Translations under genes and position numbers: made by a program | In this document: positions 48,128 through 58,339 of the stretch, one piece after another | Numbering within the stretch: position 1 is the stretch's first letter | Layout: every line of letters begins with the position of its first letter | Notes under the pieces: generated by a model | Seen by the model: only the letters and a program-made list of their open reading frames with translations | Database searches by the model: none | What the model was told of the DNA's origin: nothing | From: Promethearchaeota archaeon | Lineage (GTDB): Archaea; Asgardarchaeota; Lokiarchaeia; Sigyniarchaeales; SOKP01 | DNA length: 64,000 nucleotides | Assembly (NCBI GenBank): GCA_048939995.1 | Contig: JBHLOY010000002.1 | Coordinates: forward strand, 416,001 to 480,000 | Direction: 5' to 3'

Positions 48128-48342
48128 GGTGAGTTTAAAAAAATCTAATAATAACGAAGTTAATATAAGAATTGTAAAAAGCTTTATGACATGAAATCAC
48201 TATTAAAGTGTAATTTCTAGTTTTAAAATATAACTTCAATTTTAAAAAAGTTCTTTACTTGTTAAAATTAAGAATAAATTTTTTTTTCTATTATAAATTT
48301 AGATGGTTAGATTAAAAATTACTAAATAAGGGAAGAATAGTA

Positions 48343-49080
48343 ATGCCAGAAAATGATAAAAATTCTCAAGATATAGAAAAAGAGGAGGAAGTAAGCACTG
48401 CCAATTCTGATGAAGTTATATCAGAAGAAAAAGAAGAAGAAACCCCTAAAACTAAATTTACTTTCAAATGCACACGAGATGATAAATGCTGCCTTGAACG
48501 TGGCCCAATCCCTATCACATTTTGGGATTTAGAATTATGGGCGCGAAACGGAGTAATTGCCAACTTTCTGCCTTACTTAGATGTCTATAATAAACCAAAT
48601 GGTACTGTAGATCTAATATTAAAACCAATACCTCCAAAACCCGAAGAAGGAGAAGAGGATGCTCAAAAAAGTCCTTTCGAAACTCCATCGATTGATGAAT
48701 TATTAGAAGTGAAATGTCCTTTATATAATAAAGATGACAAGAAATGTTTAGTTTATGAACACCGCCCTTTAAGCTGTAGGGTTTATCCACTTGAGTTTGA
48801 TGGGAAAAACTTTAGTATTGTTGACGTTGATTGCCCAGGAATTGGAGAGGAAGGGATGACAAAGGAAGAACTTAAAGAAATGCGTGATTCGGCTAAAATG
48901 ATGTACTATGAACTAACAAGGATGCGGATTGCATTACCTGTATTAAATCAAGTACTCTCCCAAAAAATAATGATGGATTTAATGCGTCAAAATCTAGAGG
49001 TTATGAGTAAAATAAGTGATGAAGATAGAGAAAAATTAGATGAAATCTTTAAAAAAACAAAACCAGAACCAACTGAATAA
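48343..49080 (+). CDS. YkgJ-family Cys-cluster protein
   Basis: CTRDDKCC, CPLY, CLVY..RP.SCR.YP, CPG. Confidence 0.8.
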   Translation: MPENDKNSQDIEKEEEVSTANSDEVISEEKEEETPKTKFTFKCTRDDKCCLERGPIPITFWDLELWARNGVIANFLPYLDVYNKPNGTVDLILKPIPPKPEEGEEDAQKSPFETPSIDELLEVKCPLYNKDDKKCLVYEHRPLSCRVYPLEFDGKNFSIVDVDCPGIGEEGMTKEELKEMRDSAKMMYYELTRMRIALPVLNQVLSQKIMMDLMRQNLEVMSKISDEDREKLDEIFKKTKPEPTE

Positions 49081-49114
49081 TTTCTATACATTTTAATTAC
49101 CTTTTTTATTAAAT

Positions 49115-49636
49115 ATGAAAGAACTAAAAGTTGGAAATTCGGAAATTAAGTTGATTCAGGGAGATATTACCGAAATGAACACTGATGTAATCGTAAATGC
49201 AGCAAATTCCCAGCTAATTTTAGGAGGGGGTGTTGCTGGTGCAATACGAAAAAAGGGAGGACCAAAAATTCAAGAAGAATGCAGCAAGATCGGTAGCACT
49301 TATGTTGGTGGAGCAGTCATAACCACAGGTGGCAATTTGAAAGTGAAATACGTAATTCATGCAGTTGGTCCACGTATGGGCGAAGGCTCAGAGGATGAGA
49401 AACTAAAGAATGCCACTTTGAATAGTCTCAAATTAATGGATGAAAAACAATTGCATACTATCGCATTTCCAGCAATTTCCACAGGAATATTTGGCTACCC
49501 TATAGATAGATGTGCAAAAATAATGATATCGACCACTAAAGAATACTTAAATTCAATAAAAAGCCAGATTAAAACTGTGATATTTTGTCTGTATACACAA
49601 TCTGATTTTGCAGTTTTTGAAAAAGAATTAAGGTAA
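49115..49636 (+). CDS. Macrodomain ADP-ribose hydrolase (MacroD/YmdB type)
   Basis: GDIT, VNAAN..L..GGGVAGAI, VIHAVGP, FPAISTGIFGYP. Confidence 0.93.
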   Translation: MKELKVGNSEIKLIQGDITEMNTDVIVNAANSQLILGGGVAGAIRKKGGPKIQEECSKIGSTYVGGAVITTGGNLKVKYVIHAVGPRMGEGSEDEKLKNATLNSLKLMDEKQLHTIAFPAISTGIFGYPIDRCAKIMISTTKEYLNSIKSQIKTVIFCLYTQSDFAVFEKELR

Positions 49637-49750
49637 ATTACAAAAGATTTGACAATTGAGTATAAGAGACTTATCAGTAAGATTTTTTAAACTTGACTTC
49701 CAAAAGAAAAATGATACCAAAAAATTAAAAATTTGAGGCTATAATATTCA

Positions 49751-50383
49751 ATGGGAGAATCTTCTAAAGCAAAAGATCTAATCGAAAAGATAAAGGTATT
49801 TTTAAAAAAAGAAAAACCACATATTAAACTCTTTGACGAAAGAATAAAAAGATTGTTTCAAATAGCAGGTTGGGGTATTTTTATTGGATGTGTCATTTAT
49901 TGGATTTTTTATATGTTCATTGCCCAAGATTTTACAGCAGTTTTAGCTACTACTTATTTTACAGTAGTTTTAATTAGTTTGACTTGTATTTTCAAGCTTG
50001 AATCTGTTTTTCTGAATACTATCACCTGTTTAACCTTTTATGGTTTTTTAAACATTACAATAGCCTTCATTCCACAGGTTGATGACTTTTTTACCTTGAT
50101 GGTGGCGCCTCTCTTACATGGAATAATCGCAGGGTTTCAACTCTTCCTTATATTTCACCCAAAAGTCCCTATAAGTAAAAAATATCTACTATGGGGTGTG
50201 CTATTTTTCTCTATTTTTATGGTCGCTTATGATGATTACGGTCGATTTAGTTATATAACAGGTTTAAGTGAATTAATTCCTTTTGCAGCTGAATTTATGA
50301 AAGCTTATGCATTTTATGCTCTAATTTTTTCAGCAATCGGTATTTATATTTATAAAAGACTATTTGGGATACTTGTCAACTAA
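49751..50383 (+). CDS. Multi-pass membrane protein
   Basis: About 6 hydrophobic segments. Confidence 0.65.
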   Translation: MGESSKAKDLIEKIKVFLKKEKPHIKLFDERIKRLFQIAGWGIFIGCVIYWIFYMFIAQDFTAVLATTYFTVVLISLTCIFKLESVFLNTITCLTFYGFLNITIAFIPQVDDFFTLMVAPLLHGIIAGFQLFLIFHPKVPISKKYLLWGVLFFSIFMVAYDDYGRFSYITGLSELIPFAAEFMKAYAFYALIFSAIGIYIYKRLFGILVN

Positions 50384-50534
50384 TAACTTGAATCTAAAGT
50401 TATCAACTTATCTTTAATTTAGGATAAAGTTTACAGAAAATTAGGGTAAATTATATTTACTCCTTCCTTATAAAATAAATTAAAATCAAAAAGAAATAAA
50501 AATTAATTTTAACTAGTCAAAAACTAATCTTATT

Positions 50535-53447
50535 ATGACTGAGTACGAGTATAACTATATAAAATTTTTCGACGATGTTAGATCGTATGATGTAGGACTT
50601 GTAGGTGGGAAAAATAGCTCATTAGGTGAACTGCTTTCCTTTGGTATTCCTTGTCCTCTTGGTTTTGCCGTAACTGCGAAAGGGTATGATTATATATTAG
50701 AAACTAATTACTATAGAATAAAGGATGAGGAAATTTCACTTAAAGAATACATTAAAAGAAATATAGAAAAAATTTCTGACGAGTTAAAGAAAGAAGATAT
50801 TAAATCAATTAAAACAGTAGATAAATTTTGTGCGGATATTAGATATTCCATAGAACAAGCAAAAATTCCAGATAGCCTTGCAGATGAGATTTTAGATGCA
50901 TACCATAAACTTATTGAACGTATAGGAGAGGAAACTACGTTCGCAGTGAGAAGTTCCGCAACTGCTGAAGACTTGCCTGATGCTTCTTTTGCTGGTCAAC
51001 AAGACACTCATTTGAACATCTCAGGCGAAAATCAAATATTGGAATATATACTAAAAGACATGGCTTCTGTTTTTACAACTCGAGCCACCATGTATCGAGA
51101 AAGAGCCAATTTCGATCATTTTTCAGTTAAATTGAGTGTAGGAGTTCAGGAGATGGCTGGAGGGCTAGATGGCGTTAAAGCATCAGGAGTTATGTTTACA
51201 GAAGATCCAGATTCCGGAAATCCGAATGTAGTAGTAATAAGAGGTACTTTTGGTCTTGGAGAACTTATTGTACAGGGTGTTGAGAAAGGGGATGAATTTA
51301 TTGTATTTAAGCATGGTCCAAGATTAAGAATCATTAGTCGTAGTTTAGTTAAAAAAGAAAAAATGATGGTTTTTGATAAAGATAAGGGTGGCACTCTAAC
51401 TGTTCCAATTGAGAAAGAACAGCAAGAGAAATTTTGTTTAAATGATGAACAAATCAGAATTCTGGCAGAGTTTGCAATTAAAATCCGTAACCATTATGAA
51501 ACACCAATGGATATTGAGTGGGCTCTTGGAAATAATGGAAAAGTATACATTGTCCAAGCAAGACCAGAAACCGTTCATTCTCAGAAGGGAGATATAGAGG
51601 AAATTTTCTACTTATTAGAAGACCCCCAAAAATTGATTAATGATGGATATTTAATAGAAAATTCTGGGACTGCTATTGGGCGTAGAATTGGTTATGGTCA
51701 GATAAAAGTTATTGAATCAATAGATCAGGCACATAAATTGGAAGAAGGAGATATCTTGATTACCACTGAAACTAATCCTGACTGGACAAGTTATATGGCT
51801 AATTTAGGAGGGGTTCTTACTGAGAGGGGTGGCCCAACCTGCCATGCGGCAATAGTTTCGAGGGAATTAAATATTGCATCAATTGTGGGAGCAGATAATA
51901 TTATAGAAGTAATTAAAGAAATAAAACGTGAAAAATCACTAGATACTGTTACGATAGACTGTAGTGAAGGCACTCCAAGAATTTGGACTAAAGAAGTTGA
52001 ATACGATTTTGATATCATCGAATTTGCAAAACTTCCTCACACGAAAACCCAAGTATTAGTAAATTTAGGGATTCCTAAAGGAGCATTGTCCTCTGGGAAA
52101 TATCCAGATGGAACAGGATTAGCTAGATTAGAGTTTATTATTAATGATGAAATTCAAATTCATCCAAATGCTCTTATAGACTTTGATAGTCTAATAATGA
52201 GATATGATATCCTTTTAGAGCAACGAAAAAGGATTGAAAGTATTAAAAAGAGTGATCTCCATCATAAGGATGCATTTAATCAACAAATCAAACGTTTAAA
52301 AGAAACTCTTGAAAAAATTAGAGTTTTAACAATTGGTTATGATGATAAAGAAGAATTTTATATTGAAAAATTAGCAGAAGGAATTGCCACGATTGCAGCG
52401 GGAGTATGGAAAACTCTTCCAGATGGCACTATAGCACCCTGCATTGTAAGGCTCTCTGATTTCAAAACTAATGAATACCAAAATTTGCTCGGCGGGTGGA
52501 TTTATGAGAGTGAAGAAAACAATCCTATGCTTGGATTCCGCGGAGCATCACGTTACGTTTCAAATGACTTTCAAAATGCTTTTATCTTAGAATTAAAAGC
52601 AATCTTAAAAGCACGTGAATGGGGGTTAATAAATATTATTCCAATGATACCTTTTTGTAGAAGTCCTGAAGAAGCCAAAAAGATTCAAGAAATAATGATT
52701 AAAGAAGGATTTGAAAGAAAAAAAGACGGACTCCAGATTTACTGCATGGCTGAAATACCTTCGAATATTTTTTGTGCTGATATTTTTTGTAAATATTATG
52801 ATGGATTTTCTATAGGCTCCAATGACTTAACCCAATTAATTTATGGTGTTGGAAGAGATAATGAAAAATTAATTCCATTATCTAAAGAATATAATTATGA
52901 GACAAATAGTGAAGCAATAAGAAGAGCCATAAGTCATCTAATTAAAGTTGCTCATCAAAATGGTAAAAAGGTTGGAATTTGTGGTCAAGCTCCCAGTGAT
53001 GATCCTGACTTTCTAAGATTTTTAGTACGAGAGAACATTGATTCTATTTCTTTAAATTTTGATACATATGCGCGGGGGAGAATAAATACTTATAGAACAG
53101 AGATAATAGAATCAAAATTAAAATCAGAAGATAAAGCAAAAGCTTATGATTTACTAGATGCATCTGATAAATTAATCGAAAACCTTAGAATACCTCGAGG
53201 AAAATTAAGGAATATGGTTCGGAAGCAACTTAAAGATGTAAATGTTGAACTTCAAGAAACTACCACTAAATTTGATCAAATTTTTAAAGATTTATCCGAC
53301 ATTTCAAATGATTTCATTAATGAGATCAATAAAGAGCAAATCGATAATTTTGGTAATATTTATGAACATTATTATCTCAAGATTAAAGAACTTGAAGTTT
53401 TAATACCTAATCTTAACAAGAAGATAAGAATTTTTGGTATCTTTTAA
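50535..53447 (+). CDS. ppsA: Phosphoenolpyruvate synthase
   Basis: VGGKN.SLGE, AVRSSATAEDLPDASFAGQQDT, DIEWA, TCHAAIVSRE, ENNPMLGFRG, FSIGSNDLTQ, GICGQAPSD. Confidence 0.95.
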   Translation: MTEYEYNYIKFFDDVRSYDVGLVGGKNSSLGELLSFGIPCPLGFAVTAKGYDYILETNYYRIKDEEISLKEYIKRNIEKISDELKKEDIKSIKTVDKFCADIRYSIEQAKIPDSLADEILDAYHKLIERIGEETTFAVRSSATAEDLPDASFAGQQDTHLNISGENQILEYILKDMASVFTTRATMYRERANFDHFSVKLSVGVQEMAGGLDGVKASGVMFTEDPDSGNPNVVVIRGTFGLGELIVQGVEKGDEFIVFKHGPRLRIISRSLVKKEKMMVFDKDKGGTLTVPIEKEQQEKFCLNDEQIRILAEFAIKIRNHYETPMDIEWALGNNGKVYIVQARPETVHSQKGDIEEIFYLLEDPQKLINDGYLIENSGTAIGRRIGYGQIKVIESIDQAHKLEEGDILITTETNPDWTSYMANLGGVLTERGGPTCHAAIVSRELNIASIVGADNIIEVIKEIKREKSLDTVTIDCSEGTPRIWTKEVEYDFDIIEFAKLPHTKTQVLVNLGIPKGALSSGKYPDGTGLARLEFIINDEIQIHPNALIDFDSLIMRYDILLEQRKRIESIKKSDLHHKDAFNQQIKRLKETLEKIRVLTIGYDDKEEFYIEKLAEGIATIAAGVWKTLPDGTIAPCIVRLSDFKTNEYQNLLGGWIYESEENNPMLGFRGASRYVSNDFQNAFILELKAILKAREWGLINIIPMIPFCRSPEEAKKIQEIMIKEGFERKKDGLQIYCMAEIPSNIFCADIFCKYYDGFSIGSNDLTQLIYGVGRDNEKLIPLSKEYNYETNSEAIRRAISHLIKVAHQNGKKVGICGQAPSDDPDFLRFLVRENIDSISLNFDTYARGRINTYRTEIIESKLKSEDKAKAYDLLDASDKLIENLRIPRGKLRNMVRKQLKDVNVELQETTTKFDQIFKDLSDISNDFINEINKEQIDNFGNIYEHYYLKIKELEVLIPNLNKKIRIFGIF

Positions 53448-53473
53448 ATAAAGTTTAATTAGTTGTATTTTTA

Positions 53474-53770
53474 TTATACATCCTTTATCTTTTCTAAGAT
53501 CGAAAGAATTCTATAGATTGTGGTCCGACTGTGAAAGGGAAGATTCGGATCGAGAGTCAGATCGTCAAACCAATACATAAGATTACTCGCAATTACTGCA
53601 GGTGATTCGTCTTCTCGTGTCAACTCCCCAATACCTCTCTGAGCAATCCTTTTAATATTTCTAGGGACAGCTCTATCACCCAACATACCTTCAAGCAATT
53701 TTATGACATTATTAAAAGCCTTCTGAACTTCCTCATTCACTTTCTTTTTGGACAAGGGGAATTTCACCAT
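53474..53770 (-). CDS. UPF0147-family archaeal protein
   Basis: D..VPRNI+R.A and DPNLP.H.RT.I. Confidence 0.85.
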   Translation of the reverse strand: MVKFPLSKKKVNEEVQKAFNNVIKLLEGMLGDRAVPRNIKRIAQRGIGELTREDESPAVIASNLMYWFDDLTLDPNLPFHSRTTIYRILSILEKIKDV

Positions 53771-53966
53771 TCCAATGATTCTAGTTATAAAAAAATAAAA
53801 TTAGACTATGTTTTGTTAAAATTATAATAAAATTTAATTTTTCCGATTCTAAACCTTTTTTAAGATTAAGAGAGTTTATTATTTTATAGGTTAAAATTTA
53901 AATGATTAATAAATATTATTAATACGATTTTGATATAATAAAGCTGTAAAAATTTCAGAATTAAGT

Positions 53967-55016
53967 ATGACAGAACAAATTATTTCAATAATATTATATG
54001 CCCAACTTGATGACGAATTGGGACCAAACCCTTTAGTTTGGTTGCCGGAAGCGTATGCACCAAATGAGATAATGCATATCGTAATTAAGGTAATTACTGT
54101 ACTTTCTGGTGAACAAGGTTTAATTCCCGAATCACTAGTTATTCTTCCCTTTCCATCTTTAAGGTTAAAAGGATTAATCAAATACCTTAAATGGAATGAT
54201 GAAAGTAGGCGAGGTGGGATAGGGCAATCGGCAATAGCATTACTATTTAAAGAAATGGATGATGTTATTTTTTATAAATATATGGATCAACTTAATTCTC
54301 CTTTCAATGATATCGCTCTCAAATTAGTTGATTTTGAAACAAATAAAGCCTCTAAAGAGAATTATACAGAGTTGTTAAAAACTTTTAATACAGATTTGAC
54401 AAATTTATTAGAAGAGCTTAAAAGTAAAGAACTTTCACAAGTTAAAGAAAAAGAATTCCCAGAACAAAAATTGAAAGAAGCAGGACTTATTGATTATAAG
54501 TTTAAAATTGCGATTGTTGGAGATCCTGGAGTTGGTAAAACATCTCTTATTCTAAGGTATACAAATAATGCATTCAGGAGACAATATCTCCCAACATTAG
54601 GTGTGGTAGTCTCAGATAAAGTTTTTAATGTAGAGGATTCAACAATCCAATTAGTTTTATGGGATATTGCTGGTCAGGTGAAATTTGAAACAATGCGACA
54701 ACAATTTTATCTTGGATCTGATGCTATCTTGTTAGTTTTTGACTTAACTAATAGAAAATCTTTTGAGAATATATCTGACTGGTATTTGGATATTAAGAAA
54801 CAATTAAAAACATCTAGAGATTTGATTGGTTTTATTGTTGGAAATAAAAATGATTTAGTAAATGATATAAAAATTGATTCAAGTAAAGCTAAGGAATTAG
54901 CTGCTTTTCGCAATTTAGATTATATTGAAACTAGTGCTCTGAGTGGTGAGAATGTTGATCTTGCATTTAATAAACTTGCCGAAAGGCTTTATGAAAAATT
55001 TAAAATCTTAAAATAA
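53967..55016 (+). CDS. uDENN/longin + Rab-like GTPase
   Basis: LDDELGPNP..W.P, DESRRG; GDPGVGKT, PTLG, WDIAGQ, GNKND, ETSAL. Confidence 0.85.
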   Translation: MTEQIISIILYAQLDDELGPNPLVWLPEAYAPNEIMHIVIKVITVLSGEQGLIPESLVILPFPSLRLKGLIKYLKWNDESRRGGIGQSAIALLFKEMDDVIFYKYMDQLNSPFNDIALKLVDFETNKASKENYTELLKTFNTDLTNLLEELKSKELSQVKEKEFPEQKLKEAGLIDYKFKIAIVGDPGVGKTSLILRYTNNAFRRQYLPTLGVVVSDKVFNVEDSTIQLVLWDIAGQVKFETMRQQFYLGSDAILLVFDLTNRKSFENISDWYLDIKKQLKTSRDLIGFIVGNKNDLVNDIKIDSSKAKELAAFRNLDYIETSALSGENVDLAFNKLAERLYEKFKILK

Positions 55017-55103
55017 TTAAGAAAATGTTCAGATTCTCGGAAATTTTAAAAATTTCTCAATCTTTATCAAAATAATTTTAGAAATGATGAAACAACTTTT
55101 AAA

Positions 55104-56351
55104 ATGAAAAAAAAACTCATTATTATTGCACTAATTATTACAATTATCGTAATTTCAGCAGGGGTAACCTCTTTTTTAATCATTAATTATCTATATCATA
55201 AATCTTCATTCGATTCAAGAATCCAAAATCTTATGTCAGAATATAATATTCCCTCATTAATGGGAGGTATAGTTGTGAATGATAGTCTTATATGGGTCTC
55301 TGGATATGGAGAGCAACCATCCATAGACACGGTATATATGATTGGATCAATAACTAAAACATTTACCGCTACAGCCATACTACAACTTAATGAAAGCGGT
55401 TTTCTTAATTTAAATAATGATATTAACAATTATTTACCTTTTAATGTAAGAAATCCAGATTACCCAAGTAGAGTTATAACTCCATATATGCTTTTAACAC
55501 ATACAGCAGGGTTACCAAGAAATTTATATTGGTCTCTTGAATTTTACTTTGATAATCAAACAATTGATTGGATTAACGAGAATTTAGATTTAGGAGGGGG
55601 GGACATAATTAAATTTGATGATCGCCCTTCATTAGGGGAGTTCTTAAATGAAAGTTTAAATCTCAATGGAGATTATTATGATTCACTTAACTGGCAAAGT
55701 AGACCTGGATCAGAATTTTGGTATTCAAATGCAGGTTTTCAATTACTTGGGTATTTGATTGAAGAGATTTCAAATCAATCCTATATAGATTATATTCAAG
55801 AAAATATCTGCGAGCCGTTAAACATGACCAATACTGGAGAATATTACACAGATTTTGGTGAAAACAATGCGATACCTTATGAACGACATAATGGTACAAA
55901 CATGGAGTATCTTATTTACAATATTAACGTTACTGGAGCTGGTAATTTAAGGAGTACAATTAAAGATATGACAAATTATTTAATTACATTTATGAATGAT
56001 GGAAGATTTAATGGGAACCAGATACTAAGTGCTCAATCAGTTAATTTGATGCATTATAATCACATTCCACTCAGTGGAACTTCAACAGAAGGATTTGCTA
56101 TTAATGGCTATGGATTTGGATGGTCTCTTTTCTCTGATAATATTAAAGGTCATAATGGAGCTATTCCTGGCTTTAGTGCTAATATGTATTTTAAAGAAAC
56201 TGATGAAGGTTCATTTGGGGTAATTTTGATGTTTAATCGAGGCTCTGCTTTTGTATCTGACAATGAATTAATAAACAGCTTTATACCACAAATTAATGCC
56301 CTTTTTTTTGAAGAAGCGGAGAACTTATTTCAAGAAAGTCTTTCCTATTGA
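55104..56351 (+). CDS. Membrane-anchored beta-lactamase-family (AmpC-like) serine hydrolase
   Basis: SITK, LLTHTAG, YSN, GHNG. Confidence 0.88.
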   Translation: MKKKLIIIALIITIIVISAGVTSFLIINYLYHKSSFDSRIQNLMSEYNIPSLMGGIVVNDSLIWVSGYGEQPSIDTVYMIGSITKTFTATAILQLNESGFLNLNNDINNYLPFNVRNPDYPSRVITPYMLLTHTAGLPRNLYWSLEFYFDNQTIDWINENLDLGGGDIIKFDDRPSLGEFLNESLNLNGDYYDSLNWQSRPGSEFWYSNAGFQLLGYLIEEISNQSYIDYIQENICEPLNMTNTGEYYTDFGENNAIPYERHNGTNMEYLIYNINVTGAGNLRSTIKDMTNYLITFMNDGRFNGNQILSAQSVNLMHYNHIPLSGTSTEGFAINGYGFGWSLFSDNIKGHNGAIPGFSANMYFKETDEGSFGVILMFNRGSAFVSDNELINSFIPQINALFFEEAENLFQESLSY

Positions 56352-56355
56352 ATCA

Positions 56356-56404
56356 TTCTTCAAATTTATTTGAAGAAATCTTCGTGAAAGCTGAGTTTCA
56401 CGAA
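56356..56404. repeat. Two adjacent inverted repeats
   Basis: TTCTTCAAAT-tt-ATTTGAAGAA (56356-77) and TTCGTGAAA-gctgag-TTTCACGAA (56381-404). Confidence 0.55.
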
Positions 56405-56548
56405 TTATTATATATAGTAGAGAATGATTCAACCAGTTAATATACTTCATAGTTTAATTCTTGATTTCTTTTTACCCAAATATAAATAATCAAAACATTT
56501 TATGTATTTATTAGTTAAATTAACCCAAACATTTCACTTTGGAAAGTA

Positions 56549-57625
56549 ATGTCAAATAAAGAGTTTATAAATGCAATTATTTATACAGATATACACGATG
56601 AACTGGGACCGAACCCTGTTCATTGGTATCCTGCTGATCTCTCTGAAAATATACGCATGTTGGTTAGCATTAAGGCTGTTACATTACTTTCTGGAAGCTA
56701 TGGGTATGTACCTGACTCTTTAATCATCTTCCCATTCCCTTCTATTAAACTAAAAGGGATTGTAAAATATATTGAGAGAGCAAATGATAGGAGAAGAGGA
56801 AAGTCAGCTCGATCAGCAATCACCTTCTTATTTAAAGAAGTAGATGATTTACTTTTCTATAAGTATATAAGTTATCTTGAGACTTTGTTTACAAATGCAT
56901 CGAGAAAAATTATTGATCTAGAGAAATCCAATGCAGATGTTTTTCAAATTGATCGAGAGATTTTTCAAGAAATCGATCATCTAAGAGGAAATATACTTGA
57001 ATTACTTGAAGAATTACGAAAAAAGGAATTAAGATTAGAAGAGTTTCCCGACGCAGCCAAAGAGAAGGAAATTAAAGCGGATTATAAATTTAAATTAGTT
57101 GTGGTAGGAGACCCAGGTGTAGGTAAAACATCAACCATCTTAAGATTTACTGATAATGCGTTCAGTAGAGTGTATCTTGCAACGGCAGGTACCAATATAT
57201 CTGATAAAAGTTTTCAAGTTGATAGGAATTTCGTAGAATTGATTATATGGGATATAGCAGGTCAAGCTAAATTCGGTACAATGAGGAAACACTTTTATCA
57301 AGGCGCTAATGGTGTTATCTTAATTTATGATCTAACTAATCCTAAAAGTTTCGAAAGTATCTCCGCATGGTATAAGGATATAAGAAATCATGTAGGTAAA
57401 AAAGCATCTTTAGTAGGATATATATTTGGAAATAAGCTTGATCTAATAGAAGAGAGAAAAGTAAAAACTAAAACCGCTCAAAAACTAGCAAACGCTTTAA
57501 ATCTTAATTATATTGAAATTTCTGCTCTAACGGGGCAAAATGTTGAGAATTCATTTTACAACATGGCTAAAAGATTAATACAACTAAAGAAAAATCATTC
57601 TAACGAGATACTCTTTCCTTCTTGA
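56549..57625 (+). CDS. uDENN/longin + Rab-like GTPase (paralogue of 53967)
   Basis: HDELGPNP..W.P, NDRRRG; GDPGVGKT, WDIAGQ, GNKLD, EISAL. Confidence 0.85.
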   Translation: MSNKEFINAIIYTDIHDELGPNPVHWYPADLSENIRMLVSIKAVTLLSGSYGYVPDSLIIFPFPSIKLKGIVKYIERANDRRRGKSARSAITFLFKEVDDLLFYKYISYLETLFTNASRKIIDLEKSNADVFQIDREIFQEIDHLRGNILELLEELRKKELRLEEFPDAAKEKEIKADYKFKLVVVGDPGVGKTSTILRFTDNAFSRVYLATAGTNISDKSFQVDRNFVELIIWDIAGQAKFGTMRKHFYQGANGVILIYDLTNPKSFESISAWYKDIRNHVGKKASLVGYIFGNKLDLIEERKVKTKTAQKLANALNLNYIEISALTGQNVENSFYNMAKRLIQLKKNHSNEILFPS

Positions 57626-58194
57626 TATCCAATTCCTATTGATTTGCCAATCGTATAATATTTGTTATCTAAGGCATAGATTATTGGATCTAATTTGATC
57701 ATGTCAGCTATACTTTTACGTCCCTCATTTTCAATAACAAATTCTTGATTTACATAAGTTTGTATAACATCTCCAATAAAAATTTGGCGATGCTGTATCG
57801 AAAATTCTTTTACTACTTTGCATTCTAAATTGACTGGACATTCTTTAATCAAGGGAACTGTATCCAGTTCTCCAAAAAACACTTCAAAAAGCAATGATTT
57901 ATCTACTTCTGAACCAGATACAATTCCACAATAGTCTACTTTAGCAAGCAGACTTGTTGATGGAAAATTAATACTAAATGCCCCATGTTCGATAATGCCT
58001 TGATTTGTAAAATGATCTTGACCAGAAGATACATAAACTAAAGGTGGATTTATTCCCATAATTCCAACATCTCCAAGAGTTTCAAAATTAGGTTTTCCTT
58101 TAACAATAGATCCTACCAATACAATAGGGATGGGATATATTAACGGATATTTTCCTAATTTTACTTTCTTTATTTCTATATTTTTAGATTTCAT
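57595..58194 (-). CDS. Flavin reductase-like protein (flavoredoxin family)
   Basis: P.PIVLVG, CG.VSG..VDK, PLIKECPVNLEC. Confidence 0.88.
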   Translation of the reverse strand: MKSKNIEIKKVKLGKYPLIYPIPIVLVGSIVKGKPNFETLGDVGIMGINPPLVYVSSGQDHFTNQGIIEHGAFSINFPSTSLLAKVDYCGIVSGSEVDKSLLFEVFFGELDTVPLIKECPVNLECKVVKEFSIQHRQIFIGDVIQTYVNQEFVIENEGRKSIADMIKLDPIIYALDNKYYTIGKSIGIGYQEGKSISLE

Positions 58195-58339
58195 TAGAAT
58201 AACTTAATTATTTTGTAGCTATGAATTTCTGAAAATTTATAAATATTTCAAATCGCAATAGCATTTAAACTGAATCAAATTCGAATAAGAGGATTTATTG
58301 ATTTTTAGATGAAATAATTTTATGACTCTTAATTTTAAC

